The position numbers and the translations under genes were made by a program. DNA of 64,000 bases from Eledone cirrhosa. Lineage: Eukaryota. A model generated the notes under the pieces. It saw only the letters and a list, made by a program, of their open reading frames with translations, did no database searches and was not told the origin of the DNA. Shown one piece after another: positions 13,852-28,386 of this stretch (within the stretch, counting starts at the first letter, position 1; each line of letters starts with the position of its first letter). The stretch is from the NCBI GenBank assembly GCA_964016885.1, contig OZ024742.1:330770001-330834000 (forward strand), written 5' to 3'.

Positions 13852-15113
13852 ATATAGACACCCATCTACCCATATATTCATACATATACACTTACAAAAA
13901 CAGATGATAATAGTATGGGGGAAAGGGGGGGGTTTGGAGAAGGGGATCAAAGTAAATATATGTTTCAAGAAACCTATAATATTTTCCATATCTTAATTCA
14001 ATGTATGTTCTTACATATTTTCAATGCTAGGAAATACGAAATCTTTGCATCACAAAATAAAAAAGTATACCATTAATCATATGTCAACTAAACCAAAGAT
14101 AGTCAACATATTGATTTCCAAGGTGTAAATTAGTTAGGTTTATAATATTTGAAGCAGAATTATGAAGTCAAACAGTAGTAGATTATTAATTACATTATAA
14201 CTAAATTAAAGTTAATAATAGGGAAAAGAAACCCAAATAAAAATAAAATAAAGTATTACATCGGTAGTAGCATATAAATTATATGTAAACTAAGTTAAAA
14301 ATTATATATTTATTTCAATAGTATATGTTAATTAGTATATGTTAATTAGGTATACAATACATAAAGCAGATATTGTATTTCATCAATAGCATAATATAAA
14401 TATATGCAAATAAAAATCAAAATTAATACGCATACACATACATATACATACACATACACATACATATACATATACATACACATATATATATATATATATA
14501 CATATATATACACACGTACATACATATATAGTCACATAAATATACATACAGATATACATACAATACACACATATACATATACATATAGATATACATATCT
14601 TTTTCAAAAAATTTGCACAGAATATATTAACTAGGTATATATCCAAAAACACCTCCCATTCTATGATTACATGAAATTCTGCAATTCGTCTGTACAAGGA
14701 TACTAATTTTAAGCAAATTAAAATTAAAATTAAAGTTTTAGGTTGATTAAAGCTAAAACCAAATAATAAATATATTTCCAAAATATATATTAATTAGGTC
14801 AATAATACTAAAAATTCTTTCTCCGTCATAGGATACATGATATTATTTTGTTATATTTTATCTGTAAAAGAATTATAATAAAAAAAATTTTATAATAAAA
14901 GGTTAAACTAAATTAAAAAATTATAATAAAAGGTTAAAATAAGTTAAAATTAATCTATAAATTAAATTACTGAATATATATTATTAGTAATATTTAAAGG
15001 TTTTTCAAAATTAATGATTACATAATATTTTCTCATCTGTAATAAAATATTAATTAAATTAAATTTATAGGTTAACTAACATTTAAATTAAATTAAATTC
15101 TAGAATAATGTTA

Positions 15114-17555
15114 TTAATTAGGTTTATAATATTTAAATGTTTTTTTTAGTTTATGATTACATGATATAATTAATTCCTGTCTTTTATTTAATAAGATATC
15201 CCTAGACTTCATTATTTCAAATAGTTCTTGGGAACATAATCTACATTCCTTTCTATTATTTTGATAAGGGGTGGCTCTTTTGAGCACACTCCAGGTCAAA
15301 TCATATTTTATATTTTTATTTTTATAACTATTGATTTTTTCTGCTAGAGATGTTGTATTAGCCAGTGCGGCATTTTTAAAGCTATGTTTGTGGGTATTAT
15401 ACCTTGTCTTAAAATTGTTAGAGGTAGCTCCTATATATGAGCAAATAGAATCTTTAGTTTTAACATTACATTTATAGACTATGTTGTTAACAAGACAATT
15501 CCCTTTTAATGGGCAGTTTGTTTTGTTTCTACAGTTACATCCTTTCGTTAATTCTGTATTTGAGGAGATATTATTGTTAATTTGATGTACTGGTGGTATA
15601 CTTATAGTTTTCTTACATTTATATGCATTATATGCACTTATATTTTGTTTTATGTTATTTGTTGTAGAATATGAGAATTTAACTGTAGACCTATTTAAGA
15701 TTTGATGGTATTTGTGGTTTGGCGGGAAGTTTTTCTCAAGGATATAAAAAAATTTTTTAGCAATATTATCCTTAACTTGTAAATTAAAAGGAGCATTATA
15801 CCAAGTAACTCGTCTATTACGGTTTCTATGTTGTTTATTATTTTTATTATTTTTATATGTTGTATCATGATTTTTACTAGGAGGAATAATGTTAATGATC
15901 TCACCACAACTATTTTTAGTTATATTTGTAGATTTAGGTGTTTTATCTTTTTTATTAGGAGTTTTATTATTAATATTTATTATAGTCTTATGATGAGTAG
16001 TTTTTTGAGGGTTACTATACTTTATATTAGAAGATTTAGTATTTTGGGGTATACTGTGGGTGGCATTTAGGTGTGTACCTTTCATTTGGTGTTTGTTGGT
16101 AATATTATGCTGTATGTTTTCAGTATTTTTAGTAGAAGTTATATACTCTAATCTATTTTTGTGGCCACTTCTATCTAGAGCTTCATTATAAAAGGTCGCA
16201 TTTTTATCAAATACATCTTGGTTAGAAGAAAGGTTAGAAATTCTAAGTGATATATTATATGCAAGGTTTTTAAGGATAGATTTAGGGTGATTAGATTGTG
16301 AGTGTATGTAATGTAAGTTTTGGTTAGGTTTATGGTAAGGTTGGTATATACCCGTAGCTAAATCTAAAGTTATATCTAGGAAATTTACTACTTTACTTGT
16401 TTTTTCAAAAGTAATATTAAGATTATAATAGTCCTTAAGGAAAGTTCTAATATGCTTTTTGTTTTTTTCGATTTCTGAAAGGCTAAGGTTGTTAGAAAGA
16501 AGAAGACAGTCATCACGATATAAACCACCTTTGAGGTGGGGAAAAGAGGCATTTATGTTGAAAAGGAGAAAGAGGCCCACAAGATCAGTAATTTGGGCAG
16601 AATCGCTTGAACCCATAGTAATATCAAAAAGATTACTATAAGTGTTTCTGGTCCAGTATTCATTCTGAAATTCAATAAGTGTTTGTCTAGCATGTGTAAT
16701 AATGTTAATGTCATCCGAAGTTAAATTAGATCTATTTTTAGCAAATATTAATGCTTTGTTCAGGAGTATGGGTGATATAGAAGAATAATAGTTATCTATA
16801 TCAAACTGTAGGAAAGAAGCAGAAGATTTACACCTAATATTTTTAAACCAATTAATTACCTGGGAGGTGTTTTCCCAGAGTGGTAAAATAACGTATTTTC
16901 TTATTTGTGGGATGACTCTATCTAAAATTTTTTTGCTAATTATTCCAATATCTGATTTGGAGGGACATATAAGTCTAATAGAAGGATTAGAGTTAAAGTT
17001 AGATTTGTGATCTTTCAGGTTAAAGTGTGGACTTCTCAATGCCAAAGGTTCAGTTCTATCTTCAATATTTAGTTTTTTTACTATGTTGTGTGTTTTGTTG
17101 TTGATGTTGGTGAGTGACGCATTATTAGATTTTTTATAACTTTTTCTGAGTTCTTTATATATGAACTCATTATAATGTTCAATATCCATATGATACAAGT
17201 TACCAGTTTTGTCCGAGTGGACATGGATTTTTTTAGACTTTTTTAGGTCCAATAGGGTAGAATCAAGGTCCTTTTGAAAGACGGATTTATACTTTTTAAA
17301 TTTGAGATGTTTAATTAAATTAAAAAGGTCTTTCTCGAAGTCTTCAAGTAAAAAGTTGTGTGGTGGATTCTTGTAAGTGTTGAAATCATACATATATTTC
17401 CGATCTGCTTGTTTAGATTTTCTATCAAAGTGGTAGGCTCTCCATCTAACCCTTCTGATAAAATTATTAGTTTTCTGAATCATAAGGAGTAAGAAGTCGT
17501 CCTTAGAAGGTATTGGTATGTTTTTTAAGGAGGTTCCTAAATATTGTTTTTCCAT
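15114..17555 (-). CDS. Second copy of the Naiad-type RT + GIY-YIG ORF
   Basis: Translation identical to the 8903-11365 copy in the ORF track. Confidence 0.93.
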   Translation of the reverse strand: MEKQYLGTSLKNIPIPSKDDFLLLMIQKTNNFIRRVRWRAYHFDRKSKQADRKYMYDFNTYKNPPHNFLLEDFEKDLFNLIKHLKFKKYKSVFQKDLDSTLLDLKKSKKIHVHSDKTGNLYHMDIEHYNEFIYKELRKSYKKSNNASLTNINNKTHNIVKKLNIEDRTEPLALRSPHFNLKDHKSNFNSNPSIRLICPSKSDIGIISKKILDRVIPQIRKYVILPLWENTSQVINWFKNIRCKSSASFLQFDIDNYYSSISPILLNKALIFAKNRSNLTSDDINIITHARQTLIEFQNEYWTRNTYSNLFDITMGSSDSAQITDLVGLFLLFNINASFPHLKGGLYRDDCLLLSNNLSLSEIEKNKKHIRTFLKDYYNLNITFEKTSKVVNFLDITLDLATGIYQPYHKPNQNLHYIHSQSNHPKSILKNLAYNISLRISNLSSNQDVFDKNATFYNEALDRSGHKNRLEYITSTKNTENIQHNITNKHQMKGTHLNATHSIPQNTKSSNIKYSNPQKTTHHKTIININNKTPNKKDKTPKSTNITKNSCGEIINIIPPSKNHDTTYKNNKNNKQHRNRNRRVTWYNAPFNLQVKDNIAKKFFYILEKNFPPNHKYHQILNRSTVKFSYSTTNNIKQNISAYNAYKCKKTISIPPVHQINNNISSNTELTKGCNCRNKTNCPLKGNCLVNNIVYKCNVKTKDSICSYIGATSNNFKTRYNTHKHSFKNAALANTTSLAEKINSYKNKNIKYDLTWSVLKRATPYQNNRKECRLCSQELFEIMKSRDILLNKRQELIISCNHKLKKTFKYYKPN

Positions 17556-17898
17556 TGTGATATGGATGATGGACAATTGAAAGAGCTCAACTAAATGTAT
17601 ATGGGTTTACAAAATCATACATATATATATGTATATACATAAATATAAAATTAATACACACATACAGTACAAAAATACGAATATTTCCGTGAAAATAGGA
17701 GCAAAATTATGTAGATAAATCTACCAAGAGTTTACGGTAGTGTCCAATCCGTATGAAGAACTCAATGTATTCCGGATATCATGGAAAGAAGAGATGTAAT
17801 GAAAATCCAATTTCGGTGAAAGATAAACGGTATACAGAGTCAAGATAAAATATTAAACAAATAATGAACAAACAATTCCTTATATTAAACAAAAAAAG

Positions 17899-18053
17899 TT
17901 CACTATTTAACGATCGTTTCTAGGGCATATATGTGCTATAATTGGTATGCATATTTAACAGATCTATGTACAAAATTATACAAAATTATACAAATTATCA
18001 AGATTAAATATACATACCTAACTCATATATACGCCGTCTTCAGAAATAATGAA
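17899..18053 (-). ncRNA. Type I hammerhead ribozyme (Naiad unit 3)
   Basis: Same sequence as 5477-5631. Confidence 0.75.
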
Positions 18054-18821
18054 GTATATTTATTGATAATAACAACAATTCAAAATATCAGTTCAAAATT
18101 GACCAATGAAAACACAAAGGGTTAAAAAGCAGTTTGGTGTGTGTATATACATGTAAAACCCTACACACATTTTACAATAATGTGTGTATAATATGTATGT
18201 GCATACTAAAAAGATGGATGCAAATAAAAAATTTCAAGGTTAATATCTCTGTAAGCTTAATGCGCTGATAAGATACGCAATGATACTTATGTAGTCAAGC
18301 ATATAAATATATTTTTTTCATACTCACACATATCAGTATAATCACACATACATGTGCGTATATATATAAATATACACATAACCACGAACACACAAACACA
18401 CACACACCCCCCACTCACATTTATATATGTGGATATAAAATCATAAGCAAATAGAAATTAAGTCACTCACATAAACACACTGGTACACACATTTCAAGAT
18501 CAAGATACAGAAATTAGGTGGGAGGGGGGGGGGAGGGGTCAGTATTAGGTTGTCAGACCAGACAGCCTAATATAAATGTATCTATAAATTATGAAAAATA
18601 AAAAAATAAAAACAATAAAATATATTACATAATATAATGTACATACGCATACAGATATACATACACATACGTACATGTACGCACACATAGAGATATCTAC
18701 ACATACATACATACACACATACCTATACTGTCCTACACACACATACATTTACACGAACATACACATACACATATAAAAAGATAAAAATACGGACACACAC
18801 ACGCGCAACACATACACACAT

Positions 18822-18866
<45 letters not shown>

Positions 18867-18976
18867 TATACACACACACACATAGACTCATATATATATA
18901 CATACACATACATATACTTATACATAAACATATATATCCCACACTCATACCACCATGAAAACACATACAAACATCC

Positions 18977-19024
<48 letters not shown>

Positions 19025-19121
19025 ATACACACACGTACACATATATGCATATATACGTACACATATACACACATACACATATATATATATATACACACAC
19101 ACATAAAATACAGACATGCAC

Positions 19122-19152
<31 letters not shown>

Positions 19153-19251
19153 CATTTCATTACCCTTATATATACACATAGTATATATACATACACAACC
19201 TCACTTATACACATATACACATAAGTTATATTACAATAATAATAAAGAATA

Positions 19252-19282
<31 letters not shown>

Positions 19283-19421
19283 TATACACACATATACACA
19301 TATACATACATACACATACATATACATACATACATACACATACATACATACACCTAAATATAAACATATATAAATACACACATACGAATAAAGACATATA
19401 TTCACACATAGACACCTATAT

Positions 19422-19460
<39 letters not shown>

Positions 19461-20010
19461 TATCTATATACACACACATACACATACATACACATATATA
19501 TAAATATATACACATATATACACACGCACACACATACAGACGCACATACACACTCACATATATATATATATATATATATATATGTGTATGTGAGTGTGCG
19601 CAAATACATACATATATATACACACACACACATACAAACACACACAAACACATACATATGCATACATGCACACACACACACATATATCACATAGATACGA
19701 AGATAAACATATAAATAGAGAGACATACAAATATATACAGAACCCATATACACATACATGCAAACACGCATATACATATATACATATATACACACATATA
19801 TATTCCCATATACAAGCATACACATACGCACACATATATACATATACCTACACATATATATACACCACACATTCACATACACGTACATATATAATACATA
19901 TATATACATACATATACATACATATGTATGTACAATCATATATACACACTCAATCTTACATTCATATTTACATGCTCATATATGTATTTTTATATCTAGA
20001 AATAAATACC

Positions 20011-20041
<31 letters not shown>

Positions 20042-21303
20042 ATATAGACACCCATCTACCCATATATTCATACATATACACTTACAAAAACAGATGATAA
20101 TAGTATGGGGGAAAGGGGGGGGTTTGGAGAAGGGGATCAAAGTAAATATATGTTTCAAGAAACCTATAATATTTTCCATATCTTAATTCAATGTATGTTC
20201 TTACATATTTTCAATGCTAGGAAATACGAAATCTTTGCATCACAAAATAAAAAAGTATACCATTAATCATATGTCAACTAAACCAAAGATAGTCAACATA
20301 TTGATTTCCAAGGTGTAAATTAGTTAGGTTTATAATATTTGAAGCAGAATTATGAAGTCAAACAGTAGTAGATTATTAATTACATTATAACTAAATTAAA
20401 GTTAATAATAGGGAAAAGAAACCCAAATAAAAATAAAATAAAGTATTACATCGGTAGTAGCATATAAATTATATGTAAACTAAGTTAAAAATTATATATT
20501 TATTTCAATAGTATATGTTAATTAGTATATGTTAATTAGGTATACAATACATAAAGCAGATATTGTATTTCATCAATAGCATAATATAAATATATGCAAA
20601 TAAAAATCAAAATTAATACGCATACACATACATATACATACACATACACATACATATACATATACATACACATATATATATATATATATACATATATATA
20701 CACACGTACATACATATATAGTCACATAAATATACATACAGATATACATACAATACACACATATACATATACATATAGATATACATATCTTTTTCAAAAA
20801 ATTTGCACAGAATATATTAACTAGGTATATATCCAAAAACACCTCCCATTCTATGATTACATGAAATTCTGCAATTCGTCTGTACAAGGATACTAATTTT
20901 AAGCAAATTAAAATTAAAATTAAAGTTTTAGGTTGATTAAAGCTAAAACCAAATAATAAATATATTTCCAAAATATATATTAATTAGGTCAATAATACTA
21001 AAAATTCTTTCTCCGTCATAGGATACATGATATTATTTTGTTATATTTTATCTGTAAAAGAATTATAATAAAAAAAATTTTATAATAAAAGGTTAAACTA
21101 AATTAAAAAATTATAATAAAAGGTTAAAATAAGTTAAAATTAATCTATAAATTAAATTACTGAATATATATTATTAGTAATATTTAAAGGTTTTTCAAAA
21201 TTAATGATTACATAATATTTTCTCATCTGTAATAAAATATTAATTAAATTAAATTTATAGGTTAACTAACATTTAAATTAAATTAAATTCTAGAATAATG
21301 TTA

Positions 21304-22755
21304 TTAATTAGGTTTATAATATTTAAATGTTTTTTTTAGTTTATGATTACATGATATAATTAATTCCTGTCTTTTATTTAATAAGATATCCCTAGACTTC
21401 ATTATTTCAAATAGTTCTTGGGAACATAATCTACATTCCTTTCTATTATTTTGATAAGGGGTGGCTCTTTTGAGCACACTCCAGGTCAAATCATATTTTA
21501 TATTTTTATTTTTATAACTATTGATTTTTTCTGCTAGAGATGTTGTATTAGCCAGTGCGGCATTTTTAAAGCTATGTTTGTGGGTATTATACCTTGTCTT
21601 AAAATTGTTAGAGGTAGCTCCTATATATGAGCAAATAGAATCTTTAGTTTTAACATTACATTTATAGACTATGTTGTTAACAAGACAATTCCCTTTTAAT
21701 GGGCAGTTTGTTTTGTTTCTACAGTTACATCCTTTCGTTAATTCTGTATTTGAGGAGATATTATTGTTAATTTGATGTACTGGTGGTATACTTATAGTTT
21801 TCTTACATTTATATGCATTATATGCACTTATATTTTGTTTTATGTTATTTGTTGTAGAATATGAGAATTTAACTGTAGACCTATTTAAGATTTGATGGTA
21901 TTTGTGGTTTGGCGGGAAGTTTTTCTCAAGGATATAAAAAAATTTTTTAGCAATATTATCCTTAACTTGTAAATTAAAAGGAGCATTATACCAAGTAACT
22001 CGTCTATTACGGTTTCTATGTTGTTTATTATTTTTATTATTTTTATATGTTGTATCATGATTTTTACTAGGAGGAATAATGTTAATGATCTCACCACAAC
22101 TATTTTTAGTTATATTTGTAGATTTAGGTGTTTTATCTTTTTTATTAGGAGTTTTATTATTAATATTTATTATAGTCTTATGATGAGTAGTTTTTTGAGG
22201 GTTACTATACTTTATATTAGAAGATTTAGTATTTTGGGGTATACTGTGGGTGGCATTTAGGTGTGTACCTTTCATTTGGTGTTTGTTGGTAATATTATGC
22301 TGTATGTTTTCAGTATTTTTAGTAGAAGTTATATACTCTAATCTATTTTTGTGGCCACTTCTATCTAGAGCTTCATTATAAAAGGTCGCATTTTTATCAA
22401 ATACATCTTGGTTAGAAGAAAGGTTAGAAATTCTAAGTGATATATTATATGCAAGGTTTTTAAGGATAGATTTAGGGTGATTAGATTGTGAGTGTATGTA
22501 ATGTAAGTTTTGGTTAGGTTTATGGTAAGGTTGGTATATACCCGTAGCTAAATCTAAAGTTATATCTAGGAAATTTACTACTTTACTTGTTTTTTCAAAA
22601 GTAATATTAAGATTATAATAGTCCTTAAGGAAAGTTCTAATATGCTTTTTGTTTTTTTCGATTTCTGAAAGGCTAAGGTTGTTAGAAAGAAGAAGACAGT
22701 CATCACGATATAAACCACCTTTGAGGTGGGGAAAAGAGGCATTTATGTTGAAAAG
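21304..22755 (-). pseudogene. 5'-truncated third copy of the Naiad-type ORF (from just upstream of YRDD to the stop)
   Basis: Matches the other units until the inversion junction at 22754-22755. Confidence 0.9.
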
Positions 22756-24975
22756 AAAGACCTTTTTAATTTAATTAAACATCTCAAATTTAAAAAGTAT
22801 AAATCCGTCTTTCAAAAGGACCTTGATTCTACCCTATTGGACCTAAAAAAGTCTAAAAAAATCCATGTCCACTCGGACAAAACTGGTAACTTGTATCATA
22901 TGGATATTGAACATTATAATGAGTTCATATATAAAGAACTCAGAAAAAGTTATAAAAAATCTAATAATGCGTCACTCACCAACATCAACAACAAAACACA
23001 CAACATAGTAAAAAAACTAAATATTGAAGATAGAACTGAACCTTTGGCATTGAGAAGTCCACACTTTAACCTGAAAGATCACAAATCTAACTTTAACTCT
23101 AATCCTTCTATTAGACTTATATGTCCCTCCAAATCAGATATTGGAATAATTAGCAAAAAAATTTTAGATAGAGTCATCCCACAAATAAGAAAATACGTTA
23201 TTTTACCACTCTGGGAAAACACCTCCCAGGTAATTAATTGGTTTAAAAATATTAGGTGTAAATCTTCTGCTTCTTTCCTACAGTTTGATATAGATAACTA
23301 TTATTCTTCTATATCACCCATACTCCTGAACAAAGCATTAATATTTGCTAAAAATAGATCTAATTTAACTTCGGATGACATTAACATTATTACACATGCT
23401 AGACAAACACTTATTGAATTTCAGAATGAATACTGGACCAGAAACACTTATAGTAATCTTTTTGATATTACTATGGGTTCAAGCGATTCTGCCCAAATTA
23501 CTGATCTTGTGGGCCTCTTTCTCCTTTTCAACATAAATGCCTCTTTTCCCCACCTCAAAGGTGGTTTATATCGTGATGACTGTCTTCTTCTTTCTAACAA
23601 CCTTAGCCTTTCAGAAATCGAAAAAAACAAAAAGCATATTAGAACTTTCCTTAAGGACTATTATAATCTTAATATTACTTTTGAAAAAACAAGTAAAGTA
23701 GTAAATTTCCTAGATATAACTTTAGATTTAGCTACGGGTATATACCAACCTTACCATAAACCTAACCAAAACTTACATTACATACACTCACAATCTAATC
23801 ACCCTAAATCTATCCTTAAAAACCTTGCATATAATATATCACTTAGAATTTCTAACCTTTCTTCTAACCAAGATGTATTTGATAAAAATGCGACCTTTTA
23901 TAATGAAGCTCTAGATAGAAGTGGCCACAAAAATAGATTAGAGTATATAACTTCTACTAAAAATACTGAAAACATACAGCATAATATTACCAACAAACAC
24001 CAAATGAAAGGTACACACCTAAATGCCACCCACAGTATACCCCAAAATACTAAATCTTCTAATATAAAGTATAGTAACCCTCAAAAAACTACTCATCATA
24101 AGACTATAATAAATATTAATAATAAAACTCCTAATAAAAAAGATAAAACACCTAAATCTACAAATATAACTAAAAATAGTTGTGGTGAGATCATTAACAT
24201 TATTCCTCCTAGTAAAAATCATGATACAACATATAAAAATAATAAAAATAATAAACAACATAGAAACCGTAATAGACGAGTTACTTGGTATAATGCTCCT
24301 TTTAATTTACAAGTTAAGGATAATATTGCTAAAAAATTTTTTTATATCCTTGAGAAAAACTTCCCGCCAAACCACAAATACCATCAAATCTTAAATAGGT
24401 CTACAGTTAAATTCTCATATTCTACAACAAATAACATAAAACAAAATATAAGTGCATATAATGCATATAAATGTAAGAAAACTATAAGTATACCACCAGT
24501 ACATCAAATTAACAATAATATCTCCTCAAATACAGAATTAACGAAAGGATGTAACTGTAGAAACAAAACAAACTGCCCATTAAAAGGGAATTGTCTTGTT
24601 AACAACATAGTCTATAAATGTAATGTTAAAACTAAAGATTCTATTTGCTCATATATAGGAGCTACCTCTAACAATTTTAAGACAAGGTATAATACCCACA
24701 AACATAGCTTTAAAAATGCCGCACTGGCTAATACAACATCTCTAGCAGAAAAAATCAATAGTTATAAAAATAAAAATATAAAATATGATTTGACCTGGAG
24801 TGTGCTCAAAAGAGCCACCCCTTATCAAAATAATAGAAAGGAATGTAGATTATGTTCCCAAGAACTATTTGAAATAATGAAGTCTAGGGATATCTTATTA
24901 AATAAAAGACAGGAATTAATTATATCATGTAATCATAAACTAAAAAAAACATTTAAATATTATAAACCTAATTAA
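22754..24975 (+). pseudogene. Inverted, 5'-truncated Naiad-type ORF (starts at KDLFNLIK, lacks ~75 N-terminal aa)
   Basis: The 749-aa ORF 22726-24975 is identical to the unit ORF from KDLFNL onward. Its first ~10 aa derive from the antisense arm. Confidence 0.9.
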
Positions 24976-26237
24976 TAACATTATTCTAGAATTTAATTTA
25001 ATTTAAATGTTAGTTAACCTATAAATTTAATTTAATTAATATTTTATTACAGATGAGAAAATATTATGTAATCATTAATTTTGAAAAACCTTTAAATATT
25101 ACTAATAATATATATTCAGTAATTTAATTTATAGATTAATTTTAACTTATTTTAACCTTTTATTATAATTTTTTAATTTAGTTTAACCCTTTATTATAAA
25201 ATTTTTTTTATTATAATTCTTTTACAGATAAAATATAACAAAATAATATCATGTATCCTATGACGGAGAAAGAATTTTTAGTATTATTGACCTAATTAAT
25301 ATATATTTTGGAAATATATTTATTATTTGGTTTTAGCTTTAATCAACCTAAAACTTTAATTTTAATTTTAATTTGCTTAAAATTAGTATCCTTGTACAGA
25401 CGAATTGCAGAATTTCATGTAATCATAGAATGGGAGGTGTTTTTGGATATATACCTAGTTAATATATTCTGTGCAAATTTTTTGAAAAAGATATGTATAT
25501 CTATATGTATATGTATATGTGTGTATTGTATGTATATCTGTATGTATATTTATGTGACTATATATGTATGTACGTGTGTATATATATGTATATATATATA
25601 TATATATGTGTATGTATATGTATATGTATGTGTATGTGTATGTATATGTATGTGTATGCGTATTAATTTTGATTTTTATTTGCATATATTTATATTATGC
25701 TATTGATGAAATACAATATCTGCTTTATGTATTGTATACCTAATTAACATATACTAATTAACATATACTATTGAAATAAATATATAATTTTTAACTTAGT
25801 TTACATATAATTTATATGCTACTACCGATGTAATACTTTATTTTATTTTTATTTGGGTTTCTTTTCCCTATTATTAACTTTAATTTAGTTATAATGTAAT
25901 TAATAATCTACTACTGTTTGACTTCATAATTCTGCTTCAAATATTATAAACCTAACTAATTTACACCTTGGAAATCAATATGTTGACTATCTTTGGTTTA
26001 GTTGACATATGATTAATGGTATACTTTTTTATTTTGTGATGCAAAGATTTCGTATTTCCTAGCATTGAAAATATGTAAGAACATACATTGAATTAAGATA
26101 TGGAAAATATTATAGGTTTCTTGAAACATATATTTACTTTGATCCCCTTCTCCAAACCCCCCCCTTTCCCCCATACTATTATCATCTGTTTTTGTAAGTG
26201 TATATGTATGAATATATGGGTAGATGGGTGTCTATAT

Positions 26238-26272
<35 letters not shown>

Positions 26273-26821
26273 GTATTTATTTCTAGATATAAAAATACAT
26301 ATATGAGCATGTAAATATGAATGTAAGATTGAGTGTGTATATATGATTGTACATACATATGTATGTATATGTATGTATATATATGTATTATATATGTACG
26401 TGTATGTGAATGTGTGGTGTATATATATGTGTAGGTATATGTATATATGTGTGCGTATGTGTATGCTTGTATATGGGAATATATATGTGTGTATATATGT
26501 ATATATGTATATGCGTGTTTGCATGTATGTGTATATGGGTTCTGTATATATTTGTATGTCTCTCTATTTATATGTTTATCTTCGTATCTATGTGATATAT
26601 GTGTGTGTGTGTGCATGTATGCATATGTATGTGTTTGTGTGTGTTTGTATGTGTGTGTGTGTATATATATGTATGTATTTGCGCACACTCACATACACAT
26701 ATATATATATATATATATATATATGTGAGTGTGTATGTGCGTCTGTATGTGTGTGCGTGTGTATATATGTGTATATATTTATATATATGTGTATGTATGT
26801 GTATGTGTGTGTATATAGATA

Positions 26822-26860
<39 letters not shown>

Positions 26861-26999
26861 ATATAGGTGTCTATGTGTGAATATATGTCTTTATTCGTAT
26901 GTGTGTATTTATATATGTTTATATTTAGGTGTATGTATGTATGTGTATGTATGTATGTATATGTATGTGTATGTATGTATATGTGTATATGTGTGTATA

Positions 27000-27030
<31 letters not shown>

Positions 27031-27129
27031 TATTCTTTATTATTATTGTAATATAACTTATGTGTATATGTGTATAAGTGAGGTTGTGTATGTATATATA
27101 CTATGTGTATATATAAGGGTAATGAAATG

Positions 27130-27160
<31 letters not shown>

Positions 27161-27257
27161 GTGCATGTCTGTATTTTATGTGTGTGTGTATATATATATA
27201 TATGTGTATGTGTGTATATGTGTACGTATATATGCATATATGTGTACGTGTGTGTAT

Positions 27258-27307
<50 letters not shown>

Positions 27308-27417
27308 GGATGTTTGTATGTGTTTTCATGGTGGTATGAGTGTGGGATATATATGTTTATGTATAAGTATATGTATGTGTATGTATATATATATGAGTCT
27401 ATGTGTGTGTGTGTATA

Positions 27418-27462
<45 letters not shown>

Positions 27463-28231
27463 ATGTGTGTATGTGTTGCGCGTGTGTGTGTCCGTATTTT
27501 TATCTTTTTATATGTGTATGTGTATGTTCGTGTAAATGTATGTGTGTGTAGGACAGTATAGGTATGTGTGTATGTATGTATGTGTAGATATCTCTATGTG
27601 TGCGTACATGTACGTATGTGTATGTATATCTGTATGCGTATGTACATTATATTATGTAATATATTTTATTGTTTTTATTTTTTTATTTTTCATAATTTAT
27701 AGATACATTTATATTAGGCTGTCTGGTCTGACAACCTAATACTGACCCCTCCCCCCCCCCCTCCCACCTAATTTCTGTATTTTGATCTTGAAATGTGTGT
27801 ACCAGTGTGTTTATGTGAGTGACTTAATTTCTATTTGCTTATGATTTTATATCCACATATATAAATGTGAGTGGGGGGTGTGTGTGTGTTTGTGTGTTCG
27901 TGGTTATGTGTATATTTATATATATACGCACATGTATGTGTGATTATACTGATATGTGTGAGTATGAAAAAAATATATTTATATGCTTGACTACATAAGT
28001 ATCATTGCGTATCTTATCAGCGCATTAAGCTTACAGAGATATTAACCTTGAAATTTTTTATTTGCATCCATCTTTTTAGTATGCACATACATATTATACA
28101 CACATTATTGTAAAATGTGTGTAGGGTTTTACATGTATATACACACACCAAACTGCTTTTTAACCCTTTGTGTTTTCATTGGTCAATTTTGAACTGATAT
28201 TTTGAATTGTTGTTATTATCAATAAATATAC

Positions 28232-28386
28232 TTCATTATTTCTGAAGACGGCGTATATATGAGTTAGGTATGTATATTTAATCTTGATAATTTGTATAAT
28301 TTTGTATAATTTTGTACATAGATCTGTTAAATATGCATACCAATTATAGCACATATATGCCCTAGAAACGATCGTTAAATAGTGAA
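28232..28386 (+). ncRNA. Type I hammerhead ribozyme (inverted Naiad arm)
   Basis: TTCATTATTT 28232-41, CTGAAGA 28242-48, GAAA 28365-68, GTT 28374-76, AAATAGTGAA 28377-86. Confidence 0.78.

Noticed and set aside
22726-22753. Novel N-terminus MGKRGIYVEK on the 749-aa ORF
   Set aside because: Begins at GTG in the antisense arm of the inversion; a junction artefact.
25053-25085. SECIS-like ATGA...AA...TGA hairpin after the Naiad stop
   Set aside because: Weak A/T-only stem expected by chance, and the ORF has no in-frame UGA.
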